From: a virus
Taxonomy: Duplodnaviria > Caudoviricetes
DNA length: 46,127 nucleotides
Strand: one strand, 5' to 3'
Virus record (IMG/VR): IMGVR_UViG_3300034008_000048
Coordinates: 1-46,127 of that record
The notes below the pieces were generated by a model. The model saw nothing but the letters and a program-made list of their open reading frames with translations. It ran no database searches and had not been told where the DNA came from. The position numbers and the translations under genes were made by a program. Of this stretch, positions 9,055 through 18,736 are shown piece after piece (position 1 is the stretch's first letter; each line of letters begins with the position of its first letter).

Positions 9055-11085
9055 ATGGCGTCAAATACAATCTCAATACTCATCAAGGCGAAGGACGAAG
9101 CGTCGCGGACTATCGGCGACGTTAATAAGCAGCTCGATAAAGCGTCTGATTCGGCCGACAAGTCGGGTAGTGCCTTCAGTGGCGCACGAGGCAACCTGGC
9201 CGCGTTCGCAGCCGCAGCTGGTGCCGCTGTCATGGCGGCGGGCGGCTTCGCGATCAAAGCGGGCGCTGACTACGAACGTTCGCTCAACGTTTTCCAATCA
9301 GTCAGCGGCGCAAGCGCCGACCAAATGAAGCGTGTAGCCGACACTGCACGCGCACTCGGCAAGGACATGACGCTACCTGGCGTTAGTGCCAAGGACGCCG
9401 CGCTTGCCATGGTCGAGCTGGCGAAGGCCGGTCTCAACGTCAACGACACGCTTGGCGCATCGAAAGGTGTCTTGGCGCTGGCCAAGGCCGGCAATCTCGA
9501 CACTGCTCAAGCCGCTGAAATCGCGGCCAGCGCATTGAACGCGTTCAACCTCAAAGGGACTGAGGCAACACGTGTAGCCGACCTCCTGGCGGCCGCTGCC
9601 AACGCATCAAGCGCCGACGTCACTGACATGGCGTACGCGATGCAGATGTCCAGTGCAAGTGCCGCTGCCGTCAAGGTGCCGGTGCAAGACCTGACTACGG
9701 CAATCGCCCAGATGGCAAACAACGGCATCAAGGGATCAGACGCCGGTACGTCGCTCAAGACGATGTTCAACGCGCTGACGCCGACGACGACCAAAGCCAA
9801 GGAGGCGATGAAACGCCTAAGCCTCGACTTCTATGACGCTAAGGGCAACTTCGTCGGCATGCGTGAAGTCGTGCGTCAGCTTGAGGCTGGCACGAAAGGG
9901 CTCACCGATGAGCAGAAGTCGCAGGCAATCGAGACGATCTTTGGCTCAGACGCTATGCGGGCAGCCAATGTGCTACTCAAAGAAGGTGTTGCCGGTTACG
10001 ACAAAATGTCCGGCGCTGTCCAGAAGCAGGGTGCAGCGGCCGAACTGGCAGCAGCTCAGAATGCTGGCTTCTGGGGTGCTTGGGATGCCCTGAAGAGCAA
10101 TATTGAGACAGCGGCCATCGACCTAAGCACGCGCATTTTGCCGGGCGTCACGGGCGCACTCATTGGCATGGGCCAAACGGTTAGCGACATCTCCCCTCTC
10201 TTCTTCACCTGGCTCGATTCGACCATCCCGAAACTTCAGCAGCTAGGTCGCGAAATATGGGACTACCTTGGACCAAAGCTTGCCGCGCTTGGTGCAGCCA
10301 TCCGTGACGAACTCATTCCGATCCTCTCGGACCTGTGGCACAACGTGCTCGAGCCGCTTATCCCTGTCATCGGAGACACGCTGGTTGCAGCGTTTGGGTT
10401 AGTTGTCGACATCATCACCGGGACGATCGAAGCCCTGGGCTTCGTGTATCAGAAGGTGCTGGACGGCGACCCCGTTTGGACAGGGTTGATCACTACTCTC
10501 GGGCTCGTTGCCGGTGCCCTGGCCATGAGCGCCGCCTTCAATGCGTTCAACGGGGGCATGGCCTTCATTCAAACAGTAACCATCCCGGCTGTCGCCGCCA
10601 GGTTCGCTGCCCTTGCAGGTCTGATTGCCAGCCCGATCCTCATGCCAGCTCTGGTCATAGCAGCGGCCCTCGCATCTCTCTACCAAGTAGTCAAAGCAGT
10701 AGACGCGGTGAAGGGCGCAGTTGACGCGCTCAACAACGCAGCCGCATCAAAGGCAGCGGCCATCGAGTCTGAGAACGACGCAATCCGCCGCATCCAGGCT
10801 TCGAACCAACCAGCGGAGTGGAAAGCCCGCAAAATCAATGAAATCCGAAGTGCCTCAACGCGCGCGATGGGTGGGCCTGTCGCGTCCGGCACCACTTACC
10901 TCGTCGGTGAGCGGGGGCCAGAGTACTTCACGCCGAGCACGTCAGGTCGCATCACTCCTGGTGGTGGCGGAGGTACGACCGTCAACATCAACGGCACGAT
11001 CAACATCAGCACCCCCGAGGCCGCTGACGCGTTCTGGAACCGCATCGACAAGACGCAGCGGCTTGCCGCAGTAGGTATGGCATGA
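9055..11085 (+). CDS. Tape measure protein (TP901-type core)
   Basis: Ala-rich helical protein; LAKAG, GIKGSDAGTSLK and GERGPE motifs. Confidence 0.92.
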   Translation: MASNTISILIKAKDEASRTIGDVNKQLDKASDSADKSGSAFSGARGNLAAFAAAAGAAVMAAGGFAIKAGADYERSLNVFQSVSGASADQMKRVADTARALGKDMTLPGVSAKDAALAMVELAKAGLNVNDTLGASKGVLALAKAGNLDTAQAAEIAASALNAFNLKGTEATRVADLLAAAANASSADVTDMAYAMQMSSASAAAVKVPVQDLTTAIAQMANNGIKGSDAGTSLKTMFNALTPTTTKAKEAMKRLSLDFYDAKGNFVGMREVVRQLEAGTKGLTDEQKSQAIETIFGSDAMRAANVLLKEGVAGYDKMSGAVQKQGAAAELAAAQNAGFWGAWDALKSNIETAAIDLSTRILPGVTGALIGMGQTVSDISPLFFTWLDSTIPKLQQLGREIWDYLGPKLAALGAAIRDELIPILSDLWHNVLEPLIPVIGDTLVAAFGLVVDIITGTIEALGFVYQKVLDGDPVWTGLITTLGLVAGALAMSAAFNAFNGGMAFIQTVTIPAVAARFAALAGLIASPILMPALVIAAALASLYQVVKAVDAVKGAVDALNNAAASKAAAIESENDAIRRIQASNQPAEWKARKINEIRSASTRAMGGPVASGTTYLVGERGPEYFTPSTSGRITPGGGGGTTVNINGTINISTPEAADAFWNRIDKTQRLAAVGMA

Positions 11086-11858
11086 GTGGTGTCGGAATCG
11101 GCGTCAAGTTCGGCAGCTACGACATGCAAGATGACGGCGTCGTCGTGAGCGAGACCGACGTCTACTCGGCACCGCCCAACGACATCCAGGCGGTGGAGCT
11201 GGCCGGCCGTGACGGCGCCCTCATCGTCCAGCAGCGCTACAAGTCCAAGCGCTTCACAGCTGACGGTCACATCCAAAAGGACACCATCGTCGAGCTGGAG
11301 ACGACGCTGGACGCGTTCAAGGCGGCCATGGCGTCCAAGAACCAAGCGTTCGACATTGACTACGCCGGGGGTGTTCGCCGCTTCCTGGCAAGCGCTGAGA
11401 ACATCATCATCGCGCGGAAAGGGCCGACCACCTGTGGCTTCAGCGTCGAGTTTCTGAGCCCGGACGGCATGGGCTGGGACATCGACGGCATTGCACTGCT
11501 GTCGCCCACCAGCGTCAGCGCCTCAGCTCAGACGTACGCCGTCACGGTAGGCGGGTCGTACATGGCTGAACCGCTGCTGACATACACGCTTAGCTCCGTA
11601 ACAGGCGGAACCAATAAGACGGTGACGCTGAGTAATGGCGGCAGTCTCCGGGGCCTCAGCGTGACGCGCACCTGGTCGAGCGGCGACGTTCTCGAAGTCG
11701 ACTCACTCAAGAAGACTGTGTACGTCAACGATGTACCGACCGACTTCTTAGGTCAGTTCCCGACCTGGCAACCCGGCGCCGGGACGCTCGACTACCTCGA
11801 CGACTTCACTACCCGGACCGCATCGGTCCAGATGACTTACACACGGAGGTACCTATGA
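11082..11858 (+). CDS. Distal tail (Dit) protein
   Basis: Follows tape measure gene; GRDG motif; FPTWQPG C-terminus. Confidence 0.7.
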   Translation: MSGVGIGVKFGSYDMQDDGVVVSETDVYSAPPNDIQAVELAGRDGALIVQQRYKSKRFTADGHIQKDTIVELETTLDAFKAAMASKNQAFDIDYAGGVRRFLASAENIIIARKGPTTCGFSVEFLSPDGMGWDIDGIALLSPTSVSASAQTYAVTVGGSYMAEPLLTYTLSSVTGGTNKTVTLSNGGSLRGLSVTRTWSSGDVLEVDSLKKTVYVNDVPTDFLGQFPTWQPGAGTLDYLDDFTTRTASVQMTYTRRYL

Positions 11859-12262
11859 ACACCCTTTACACGAAAGGAAAGCAGGCGCTACTCGACGGCT
11901 CGGTCGCCTGGACGACGAGCAACATTAAGGTGCTGCTGGTGGACGTCGCCAGTTACACGGTCAACCTGACGATGCACAGCACGCTCAGCGACGTCCCTAG
12001 CGGCGCTCGCGTGGCGACGAGCCCGGTCCTGGCTAACCGCACCGCGGTCGATGGCATCGCCGAGGCGGACGACATCGTGATTTCAGCCGTGACCTTTGCG
12101 GGAACCATCGACGCCATGATCGTCTTCGACGACACCGGCAACCCGGCGACGTCGAAGCTGCTCGTCTACATCGATAGCGACGGCTCGAGCGTGCTGCCGT
12201 TCACGCCTAACGGCGGTTCGGTGAAGATCAAGTGGCACAGTAACGGCGTGTTCCGTTTGTAG
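11855..12262 (+). CDS. Minor tail protein
   Basis: IKVLLV...LLVYID...TPNGG.V.I.W pattern; synteny. Confidence 0.65.
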   Translation: MNTLYTKGKQALLDGSVAWTTSNIKVLLVDVASYTVNLTMHSTLSDVPSGARVATSPVLANRTAVDGIAEADDIVISAVTFAGTIDAMIVFDDTGNPATSKLLVYIDSDGSSVLPFTPNGGSVKIKWHSNGVFRL

Positions 12263-12268
12263 GTCGGC

Positions 12269-14407
12269 ATGATCGCGTTCACCGCGTCCAACAACCAAGG
12301 CGCCACCAATACCGCCATCACCTTCATCGGTGCCAGCGTCTCGCGTGGCCAGTCGTTCGTGCAACCGACCGACGCCGAGCTGCGGACCGCCATCTTCTAC
12401 ATGTACGTCAACGGAAGCCCGACCGGCAGCATGCAGGTCAAACTGTACGAGTCGACTGGGACCTACGGCGGCGGAAGCAATGGCCTCGGAGCACTGCTGG
12501 CAACGTCAAATGTTGTGTCTGCTTCGACTCTGTCCGGGACTTACTCGTATGCGTACTTCAACTTCGTTGGCGCTCAGCGCTATGCGATGACAGCCGACAC
12601 TCCCTACGTCGCGATGATCACCTACTCGGGCGGAACGCTGGACAATCATGTGCGTTTCGGGACCTACCAGCCGAGCAACTATCCCGGCACCATCATCATC
12701 TCTGACGGCACGACGACCACCGCTCTGGACGCTTATGACGCGCTCTTTTACATCGAGACAGATACGGAGCCCTTGGCTCAGGTCGGGGTGAGCACCGGCG
12801 CTGGTGATGTGCCCCTGACCGTCGACTTCTATGACACGTCGCTGTACAACCCCACGAACTGGTACTGGGACTTCGGCGACGGCGGGACCAGCACCCTTCA
12901 AAACCCGAGCCACACGTACACCTCTCCAGGCATCTACTCGGCATACCTGGGCGCTGAGAACAGCTACGGTCTTGACGAGACGGACTACCTCGACATCGAC
13001 GTCTATTGGCTCGTCACGCCGACCGCAGTGAGTTCTACGGCCAGTGTGCCGCAGCCGACCATCGAGCTAAGCGACCCGCCTCCCCCGCCTGACACCGACT
13101 GGACAGCGCTGGGCAAAGAGGATGAGAAGACCTACATCTACAAGGTGTACAAGCCGGACGGCACGTTTGTCGGTGTCTGGGCCGATGTCGTTGACGATCT
13201 CAAGTTCACTCAACGCATCAACACGCCAGGCACAACGACGACCGTGCAGTTGGGACGTTCGGCCGACAACCGCAAAGAGATCCGCGATACCCGCGTCACT
13301 GAGAGCGGTGACACGCGCCAGACCGAAGACGGAGACACCCGCGTCATCGTGTACGAGACGTCCTACACAGTCGGAGAAGGCACCGACGTTGAGCTGGGCT
13401 ACCTCGTCGACGTCTACGTGCATTACGGCGACTTCGCCGATCGCATCACCGAAGACGGCGACATCAGGATCACCGAAGACGGTGATCGGCGCATCGTCAT
13501 GGAAGGTGCCCCGCTAGGTACTCGCGTGTTCAGCGGCTACATCCTGGACTACGACGCCGGCTACGGACCAGGCGACGAAGGTGTCACCGTCACGGTGGCC
13601 GCTCATGGCATGGAGTTGTCTCAAGAAATCATCCGCAGCGGCACCACGACGACGGTTGCTTTCAGCACGACAAGCCTGGAGGCGATTACGAAGTCGATCC
13701 TCGACACCAACCCCGGCAAGATGACGTACTCAACAGCGAGCATCGGGACGACCGGAGTATCGGAGACGATGAAGTTCCCTCTCAACACCAAGCTCAAGGG
13801 TATTGAGAGTGTCTACGACCAGACGCCGGACGGATGGTTTTGGTACGGCAATGTGGCGGAGAACCTCGTGTACCTGCAACCGGTGAGCACCGACTACGAC
13901 CATCTGTTCATCAAGGATGAGCACATTCAGAACCTGCGCCTCAAGCGATCAATTGAGGACCTGATCAATGAGGTCTACTTCGTCGGCGGTGAGGCGTCAG
14001 GGACCGTCGTGTACAAGAAGTACAGCGACGCCGTGTCGCAAGCGGCCTGGCGTAAAGGCGTCAACGTCATCACTGACCGGCGCTACATCTTGCCCGCGTC
14101 AATGCAGCGCCGTGCCGACAAGCTCATGGGCCGCTACAGCCAGCCGATCTTCACCACGCCGCTGACTATCTCCAGCGCCCGGTACGACATCGAGTCGATT
14201 CGGTTGGGGCACACGGTCGGCTTTCGAAACTTCGGCAACTTCATCGACCAACTGCCTCCCCTCCAGATCGTCAGCCTTTCATATACGCCCACCGCCGTGA
14301 CGGTTCAGATAGGCGAATTACAGATGAGACAGGTGGACAAGATCGCCGAAGCGGAGGACGAATTGCAAACGGAGCAATTCGAAAACCTACCCAATGCACC
14401 AAGCTAG
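12269..14407 (+). CDS. Tail tip/hub protein with N-terminal beta domain and PKD domain
   Basis: PKD signature WYWDFGDGGTSTLQNPSHTY; C-terminal hub-like region. Confidence 0.75.
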   Translation: MIAFTASNNQGATNTAITFIGASVSRGQSFVQPTDAELRTAIFYMYVNGSPTGSMQVKLYESTGTYGGGSNGLGALLATSNVVSASTLSGTYSYAYFNFVGAQRYAMTADTPYVAMITYSGGTLDNHVRFGTYQPSNYPGTIIISDGTTTTALDAYDALFYIETDTEPLAQVGVSTGAGDVPLTVDFYDTSLYNPTNWYWDFGDGGTSTLQNPSHTYTSPGIYSAYLGAENSYGLDETDYLDIDVYWLVTPTAVSSTASVPQPTIELSDPPPPPDTDWTALGKEDEKTYIYKVYKPDGTFVGVWADVVDDLKFTQRINTPGTTTTVQLGRSADNRKEIRDTRVTESGDTRQTEDGDTRVIVYETSYTVGEGTDVELGYLVDVYVHYGDFADRITEDGDIRITEDGDRRIVMEGAPLGTRVFSGYILDYDAGYGPGDEGVTVTVAAHGMELSQEIIRSGTTTTVAFSTTSLEAITKSILDTNPGKMTYSTASIGTTGVSETMKFPLNTKLKGIESVYDQTPDGWFWYGNVAENLVYLQPVSTDYDHLFIKDEHIQNLRLKRSIEDLINEVYFVGGEASGTVVYKKYSDAVSQAAWRKGVNVITDRRYILPASMQRRADKLMGRYSQPIFTTPLTISSARYDIESIRLGHTVGFRNFGNFIDQLPPLQIVSLSYTPTAVTVQIGELQMRQVDKIAEAEDELQTEQFENLPNAPS

Positions 14408-14425
14408 TGGTTAAATAGGTAGAGC

Positions 14426-14932
14426 ATGGCATTCAAGAAAATAACCGACCTGACTGCGCTGGCAAGTGCGGATGCCAATGACATGTTCGAGGTTGCCGAT
14501 GTGTCCGCCGCCCTCAGCAAGAAGGTGACAGCCGCCGGCATTGCGGCCGCCGTTGTCGGGAGCACCCCTAGTAACTCCATCACATTCACCATGCTGCTAT
14601 CTACACTCTTTGGTGGACAGGTGGCCTCCTACGCGAATGCGGGCACGGCCGGTGGCACGTTTTATTACATCGATTTGAAGGGCATGAAGTTGTTGTGGGG
14701 AAAGACGGCCTCACAAGCAATCGGCATGGGTGGAGGCAATTGGACCGTTACGTTGCCGGGAAGCTTCTTCAGTTCGATTCAATCGTCCATCGTCACACTC
14801 GACACTATCGGCACTGAGCCGAAGCAGTGGTGCTACGTATCAGCTATCACCAACTCGACGCTGACGATCGGGGCCACCAGTAGCACAAATGGCGCATCGC
14901 AGGTGAATAGTGTGTTCATTATGGGGACATAA
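14426..14932 (+). CDS. Short tail fibre/receptor-binding-like protein
   Basis: KKITDL N-terminus; GMKLLWG...VTLP..F C-terminal domain. Confidence 0.6.
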   Translation: MAFKKITDLTALASADANDMFEVADVSAALSKKVTAAGIAAAVVGSTPSNSITFTMLLSTLFGGQVASYANAGTAGGTFYYIDLKGMKLLWGKTASQAIGMGGGNWTVTLPGSFFSSIQSSIVTLDTIGTEPKQWCYVSAITNSTLTIGATSSTNGASQVNSVFIMGT

Positions 14933-15223
14933 ATGCTTGAGTCAGTGTTGACATCGCTAGGCATACTCGCTTCAGTCGTCCTGATGGTGCTCTGTTTCGC
15001 ACTCGCGCATCGCCGCAATATCCATTTACAGATCGTCGCCGGTCAGACAGTGTTCGCTTGGATGGGTGTGGTTCTCCTGGCAGTCACTCTCTCCCGTCTC
15101 GCAACTTTCCTGTTCAACATGCCCGCTGATGCGGCCCGTCAGATCACAGGTGCGGTGTATGTCCTCTGTGTCATAGGGATAATTTGGAGCGTCGCCCGCC
15201 ATGCGAGACGAACAACCGACTAA
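14933..15223 (+). CDS. 3-TM membrane protein in lysis region
   Basis: Three hydrophobic segments. Confidence 0.6.
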   Translation: MLESVLTSLGILASVVLMVLCFALAHRRNIHLQIVAGQTVFAWMGVVLLAVTLSRLATFLFNMPADAARQITGAVYVLCVIGIIWSVARHARRTTD

Positions 15224-15494
15224 CGCCGACATCATGCGCGAGGTCAAGAGTGTGCATAGCATTCTTGAGGATCACGAGTCGCGCTTGAAGGCTGTGGAAG
15301 TCTATAAGACTTCTCAGGAGGCCGTGGCAAATTACGTCGCCAAGTATGGAACGCGGGAGCAGAAGGAAAGTAGCAGCAACAGCGCCACCGTGGATATCAA
15401 CAAAGACCTCTTGGCACTCATGACCAAAATCATTGGCGTTGTAGCGACACTGGGAACGGTCCTCTATGTTCTCGCCAATAGGAGCTCGCTCTGA
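15201..15494 (+). CDS. Coiled-coil plus C-terminal TM protein (lysis cassette)
   Basis: EDHESRLKAVE coiled coil, C-terminal TM, TGATG overlap with endolysin. Confidence 0.6.
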   Translation: MRDEQPTNADIMREVKSVHSILEDHESRLKAVEVYKTSQEAVANYVAKYGTREQKESSSNSATVDINKDLLALMTKIIGVVATLGTVLYVLANRSSL

Positions 15495-16114
15495 TGATTC
15501 GCCCAGCACAAGGTGGCATCGGACAGGAGTTCTCGGCCGCACACCAGGCGGTTGACCTAGGAAGCGCTAATGAGTTTGGTACGCCAATTGTCGCCCCTTA
15601 TGCGGGCACCATCACGGCGGCGGGTCAGATGGGGAGTGGCACGAATGACGCCGGGCTAGCCATCGACGTCACAAGCTTGGACGGAAAATTCTTGTCTCGG
15701 CTTGCTCATAACGATCGCATCCTCGTGTCAGTCGGCCAGCAGGTATCTAAGGGCCAGCAGCTTGGCACGATGGGCTTCACCGGCTACACCATCCCCAACG
15801 ACACAAAAGGTGGTACCCATTGTCACTGGGTGCTCTGGGTCGACGGCGTGCGCGTGAACCCACTTGATTACGTAACCGAAGAAAGAGGTGATGACGTGAA
15901 GTTAACCAAAGAGCAAATTATCATGATTCACAAGCTGGCGTTCCAGGGCGCGGAGCCTGGACCTGGACTCATAGAGGGCTGGGTCGGCCGCGAGCTGGAC
16001 GACTACGTGAACGCCCTGTGGAGTGATCCGACGTATGCCAAGTTCGTTTCGCGAGACCGTGCGAGCTTGAGCAGAGAATCGGTCATCAACTATCTGCAAA
16101 CCAATCTGAACTAG
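15494..16114 (+). CDS. Endolysin, M23 peptidase
   Basis: HQAVD (HxxxD), LAH and HCH (HxH) zinc motifs; VSVGQQVSKGQ. Confidence 0.85.
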   Translation: MIRPAQGGIGQEFSAAHQAVDLGSANEFGTPIVAPYAGTITAAGQMGSGTNDAGLAIDVTSLDGKFLSRLAHNDRILVSVGQQVSKGQQLGTMGFTGYTIPNDTKGGTHCHWVLWVDGVRVNPLDYVTEERGDDVKLTKEQIIMIHKLAFQGAEPGPGLIEGWVGRELDDYVNALWSDPTYAKFVSRDRASLSRESVINYLQTNLN

Positions 16115-16123
16115 GGAGGTGAT

Positions 16124-16345
16124 ATGAACAAGCCACAAATCGAAGCACTAAAAGAGTTCGGACGCGTCGTCCTGATCGCGGCCGTATCAGCCGGTCTGGT
16201 TGCAGCTCAGGCGGCAGTCGGACTCATCACGGACCCGATCACTAACGTGGGGCTCGCCACGCTGATCGCCGCGCTCATCAAGGCATGGGACAAGTATGTG
16301 CACAAGAACCCGGCCATCGACGCGAACGGCGTCGTCCCATTCTAG
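16124..16345 (+). CDS. Holin
   Basis: GGGAGGT RBS; two TM helices; follows endolysin. Confidence 0.7.
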   Translation: MNKPQIEALKEFGRVVLIAAVSAGLVAAQAAVGLITDPITNVGLATLIAALIKAWDKYVHKNPAIDANGVVPF

Positions 16346-16503
16346 TGGCCGAGTTCCGCAGCCGACTGGTCTACGCCTTGATCATGGCGGGCCTGACCTT
16401 CGTGATTGTGTGGCTAGTCCTAGAGCCGTCCACGTTGCACGCCACGTTCTGGGCGGGGTTGCTCGCCGTACTGGTCGGCCTCTACGCGCTCGCGCGAGGC
16501 TGA
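16345..16503 (+). CDS. Small 2-TM protein
   Basis: GTG overlapping holin stop; MAEFRSRLVYALIMAG...; two TMs. Confidence 0.5.
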   Translation: MAEFRSRLVYALIMAGLTFVIVWLVLEPSTLHATFWAGLLAVLVGLYALARG

Positions 16504-16535
16504 CATAGCCAGCCTCGCGTCGTCTCGCAGGCGCT

Positions 16536-16570
16536 GAGCCACGTTCACAGTCGGACGTGGCTCTTTACTT
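16536..16570 (+). terminator. Intrinsic terminator ending the late operon
   Basis: GAGCCACGT/ACGTGGCTC stem followed by TTTACTT. Confidence 0.65.
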
Positions 16571-16788
16571 GCCCGCACACAAAAATTGTGCGACAGGGGC
16601 GCTCAGAGCGTGCACATATTGACAACGGTTCGCAGACGTTTTATCGCTTCCCTTCCGTTTTCGCCGATTCTATGTCGTAAAATGTTGCGACCCCTGTTAC
16701 GAGTCGACCCAAGTCCCCCGGGGAAGGGGGTTCTAACAGTTCAAACTCGCTTTTTTGGCGCGCCCCAACCATCGGGGAAGGGGTAGTG

Positions 16789-17355
16789 CTACGCTCCCCC
16801 ACTAACACCACCCATACGTGTAGGAGTACCGGTAGGGCTATGCCTCATTCCTGATCGCAGCGCCGCCCGCTTCGCATGGTAAGCAGCGTTGCTCCGGTCA
16901 TTCACACAGCGACGACAGATACGTTCGAGGTAGCTTCCCTTATGTCGTACCCGCAAGTTCCTGCCGCTCAGCTCATGTCCTTGCTTACAGTGAGTTCTAC
17001 GAGTCCTTACGACGGCTGCCCTACGGTTGTTTTCCGCTCTGCTTACAGCTTCTAGGTGAGAGGGTTCAATGCAATTCTTGTACCTACACCCACGCGCATA
17101 GACGTGGTCAATCGTCAGGCCGGAAGGAATCGGACCGTAGGCTTCTTCGTACGCGATCCGGTGAGCGGGTCGGTGGCTGAGATAGCCATACCCGCTCACC
17201 GGATTGATCGACCCGAGGTAAAGCAAACAGCCGGTTTCTTCGTTCCGCCACGCACCCATGTCGGCAAGGGTCGCTCGCTTCCGCGCCTCGTTGTGGCCGT
17301 GGATGTAGCGATTGCCCGGCTTAGTTTCGTGTCCGCAGTTGCATAGGCACTTCAT
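16789..17355 (-). CDS. HNH endonuclease with zinc-binding modules
   Basis: CLCNCG; AHRIAY...IDH...C...[15 protein letters not shown]; THCKQGH...CRRC. Confidence 0.85.
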   Translation of the reverse strand: MKCLCNCGHETKPGNRYIHGHNEARKRATLADMGAWRNEETGCLLYLGSINPVSGYGYLSHRPAHRIAYEEAYGPIPSGLTIDHVYARGCRYKNCIEPSHLEAVSRAENNRRAAVVRTRRTHCKQGHELSGRNLRVRHKGSYLERICRRCVNDRSNAAYHAKRAALRSGMRHSPTGTPTRMGGVSGGA

Positions 17356-17424
17356 ACATGTCAAACTCCGCTTAGTGTTCCACTAAGTGTAGAACGACTC
17401 TCATTCTTGGGAAAGGGCAACCTG

Positions 17425-17781
17425 ATGGCACAGCGTGTAGTAACGCAGTTGATCTCCGACCTGTCGGGCGACGAGATGAAACCCGGTGAAGGACGGACCA
17501 TCGAGTTCTCAGTAGATGGCATCTCTTATTCCATCGACCTCACTGACAAGGAAGCGGCGGGCTTCGACAAGGCCATCGCCATGTACTTGGAGCACGCCAC
17601 GAAGGTCGGCGGTCGCACCCGCAAGGCGTCCACCAACTCGTCATCGAACGGCTCCGGCAGGACGAAAGATGAGCTGCAAGCTATCCGCGCCTGGGCTCGT
17701 GAGAACGGTCACGACGTGAGCGAGCGTGGGCGCATCAAGGCCGATGTCGTGAGTGCTTACCACGCCGCGAATGGCGGCTAG
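17425..17781 (+). CDS. lsr2: Lsr2 nucleoid-associated protein
   Basis: SDLSG, YSIDL dimerisation domain; [19 protein letters not shown]-binding domain. Confidence 0.95.
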   Translation: MAQRVVTQLISDLSGDEMKPGEGRTIEFSVDGISYSIDLTDKEAAGFDKAIAMYLEHATKVGGRTRKASTNSSSNGSGRTKDELQAIRAWARENGHDVSERGRIKADVVSAYHAANGG

Positions 17782-18044
17782 TAGCTACCCGACATGCGGC
17801 CGAGTTCACCGACCTTGACGCGTAGGTGTTCCACCGACATGTTGATGTCCGACGCTGCGGCGCTTAGTCTCGTTAGCGCGTCCTGGGCGCTAACGGCATT
17901 GGTAATGCGTTTCGCGCTGGCGAAGCCGTTATGGTGGTGAGTGTCGATTTCCCATGTGATGGCCTCGAGTCGAGACTTGAGGTCCGTGACATAGTCGTCT
18001 AGAGCTTCTGTAACTTCGAGCTCGAAAGAGCCTTCGTCTGTCAT
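17778..18044 (-). CDS. Hypothetical helical protein, last gene of leftward operon
   Basis: ATGA overlap with relaxase stop. Confidence 0.6.
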   Translation of the reverse strand: MTDEGSFELEVTEALDDYVTDLKSRLEAITWEIDTHHHNGFASAKRITNAVSAQDALTRLSAAASDINMSVEHLRVKVGELGRMSGSY

Positions 18045-18736
18045 TGCTTACCTGCTTTCTGTGCTGTGATGGCGGTCAAGAACTCGTCGAGCGTGTAGAC
18101 CGTGACGAGTTCGCGGTGGTGTGGCTGCATGAGGCGGCCGATGCGCCACTTCAAGTAGTCGTCCCGTGCCACGAACGCCACCTCGGGATAGAAGCCGCCC
18201 TGCGCGTTCTCATAGGCTTCCCAGTGCGCGGTGAGCTTCTGCTTGATCAGGTCGGCCCTGGCGTGCTCCTGGACCTCGACGTAATACGGGCGTCGCTTGC
18301 TGAGGGCTGGCAGTCCGAAGTCCACGTACAGGTCGACACGCATGTTGCCCACGACGTGCTCAATGTCAGTCGCCGGCAACAGCTTGATGGTGCCTGCTCT
18401 GTCCAGCTCGACGAGCTTGGTGAAGATATCAGCGATGTGCAGGCTGTGCTCGCGGATAGCCGTGATGCTGGGGTACTCCCCCTGGCGGCGCAGATACCAC
18501 CAGCCTTTAGGACCGAGCACGTAGACGCTGGGCGGTGTTCCCTTGCTCTGTCCCCTTGCCCGTGCTCCCAGCCGCTTGATCAGCTTGTCGTCGCGTAGGC
18601 GTTTGATGCAGCGGTCCATGCTGATGCGGTTGACGTCAGCGAACAGCAGCGTCTTCAAGTGCATAGTGCTTACTTGGCCCAGCCGCGACACCATGATGAC
18701 GACTTGCCGGTCACGGTCAGACAGCTCGAACTTCAC
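18041..18736 (-). CDS. Replication-relaxation (Replic_Relax)-family protein, wHTH plus PD-(D/E)XK-like domain
   Basis: LSDRD N-terminus; RCIKRL; VYVLGPKG; HSLHIAD; RVD...YVEVQ; coupled to the ATPase. Confidence 0.75.
   Translation of the reverse strand: MKFELSDRDRQVVIMVSRLGQVSTMHLKTLLFADVNRISMDRCIKRLRDDKLIKRLGARARGQSKGTPPSVYVLGPKGWWYLRRQGEYPSITAIREHSLHIADIFTKLVELDRAGTIKLLPATDIEHVVGNMRVDLYVDFGLPALSKRRPYYVEVQEHARADLIKQKLTAHWEAYENAQGGFYPEVAFVARDDYLKWRIGRLMQPHHRELVTVYTLDEFLTAITAQKAGKQ

Noticed and set aside
12269-14932. Diversity-generating retroelement targeting tail genes
   Set aside because: No reverse transcriptase and no TR/VR pair seen
16741-17368. TCAAACTC on both sides of the HNH gene as a target-site duplication or intron boundary
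   Set aside because: Only 8 bp; no interrupted gene or intron core recognised
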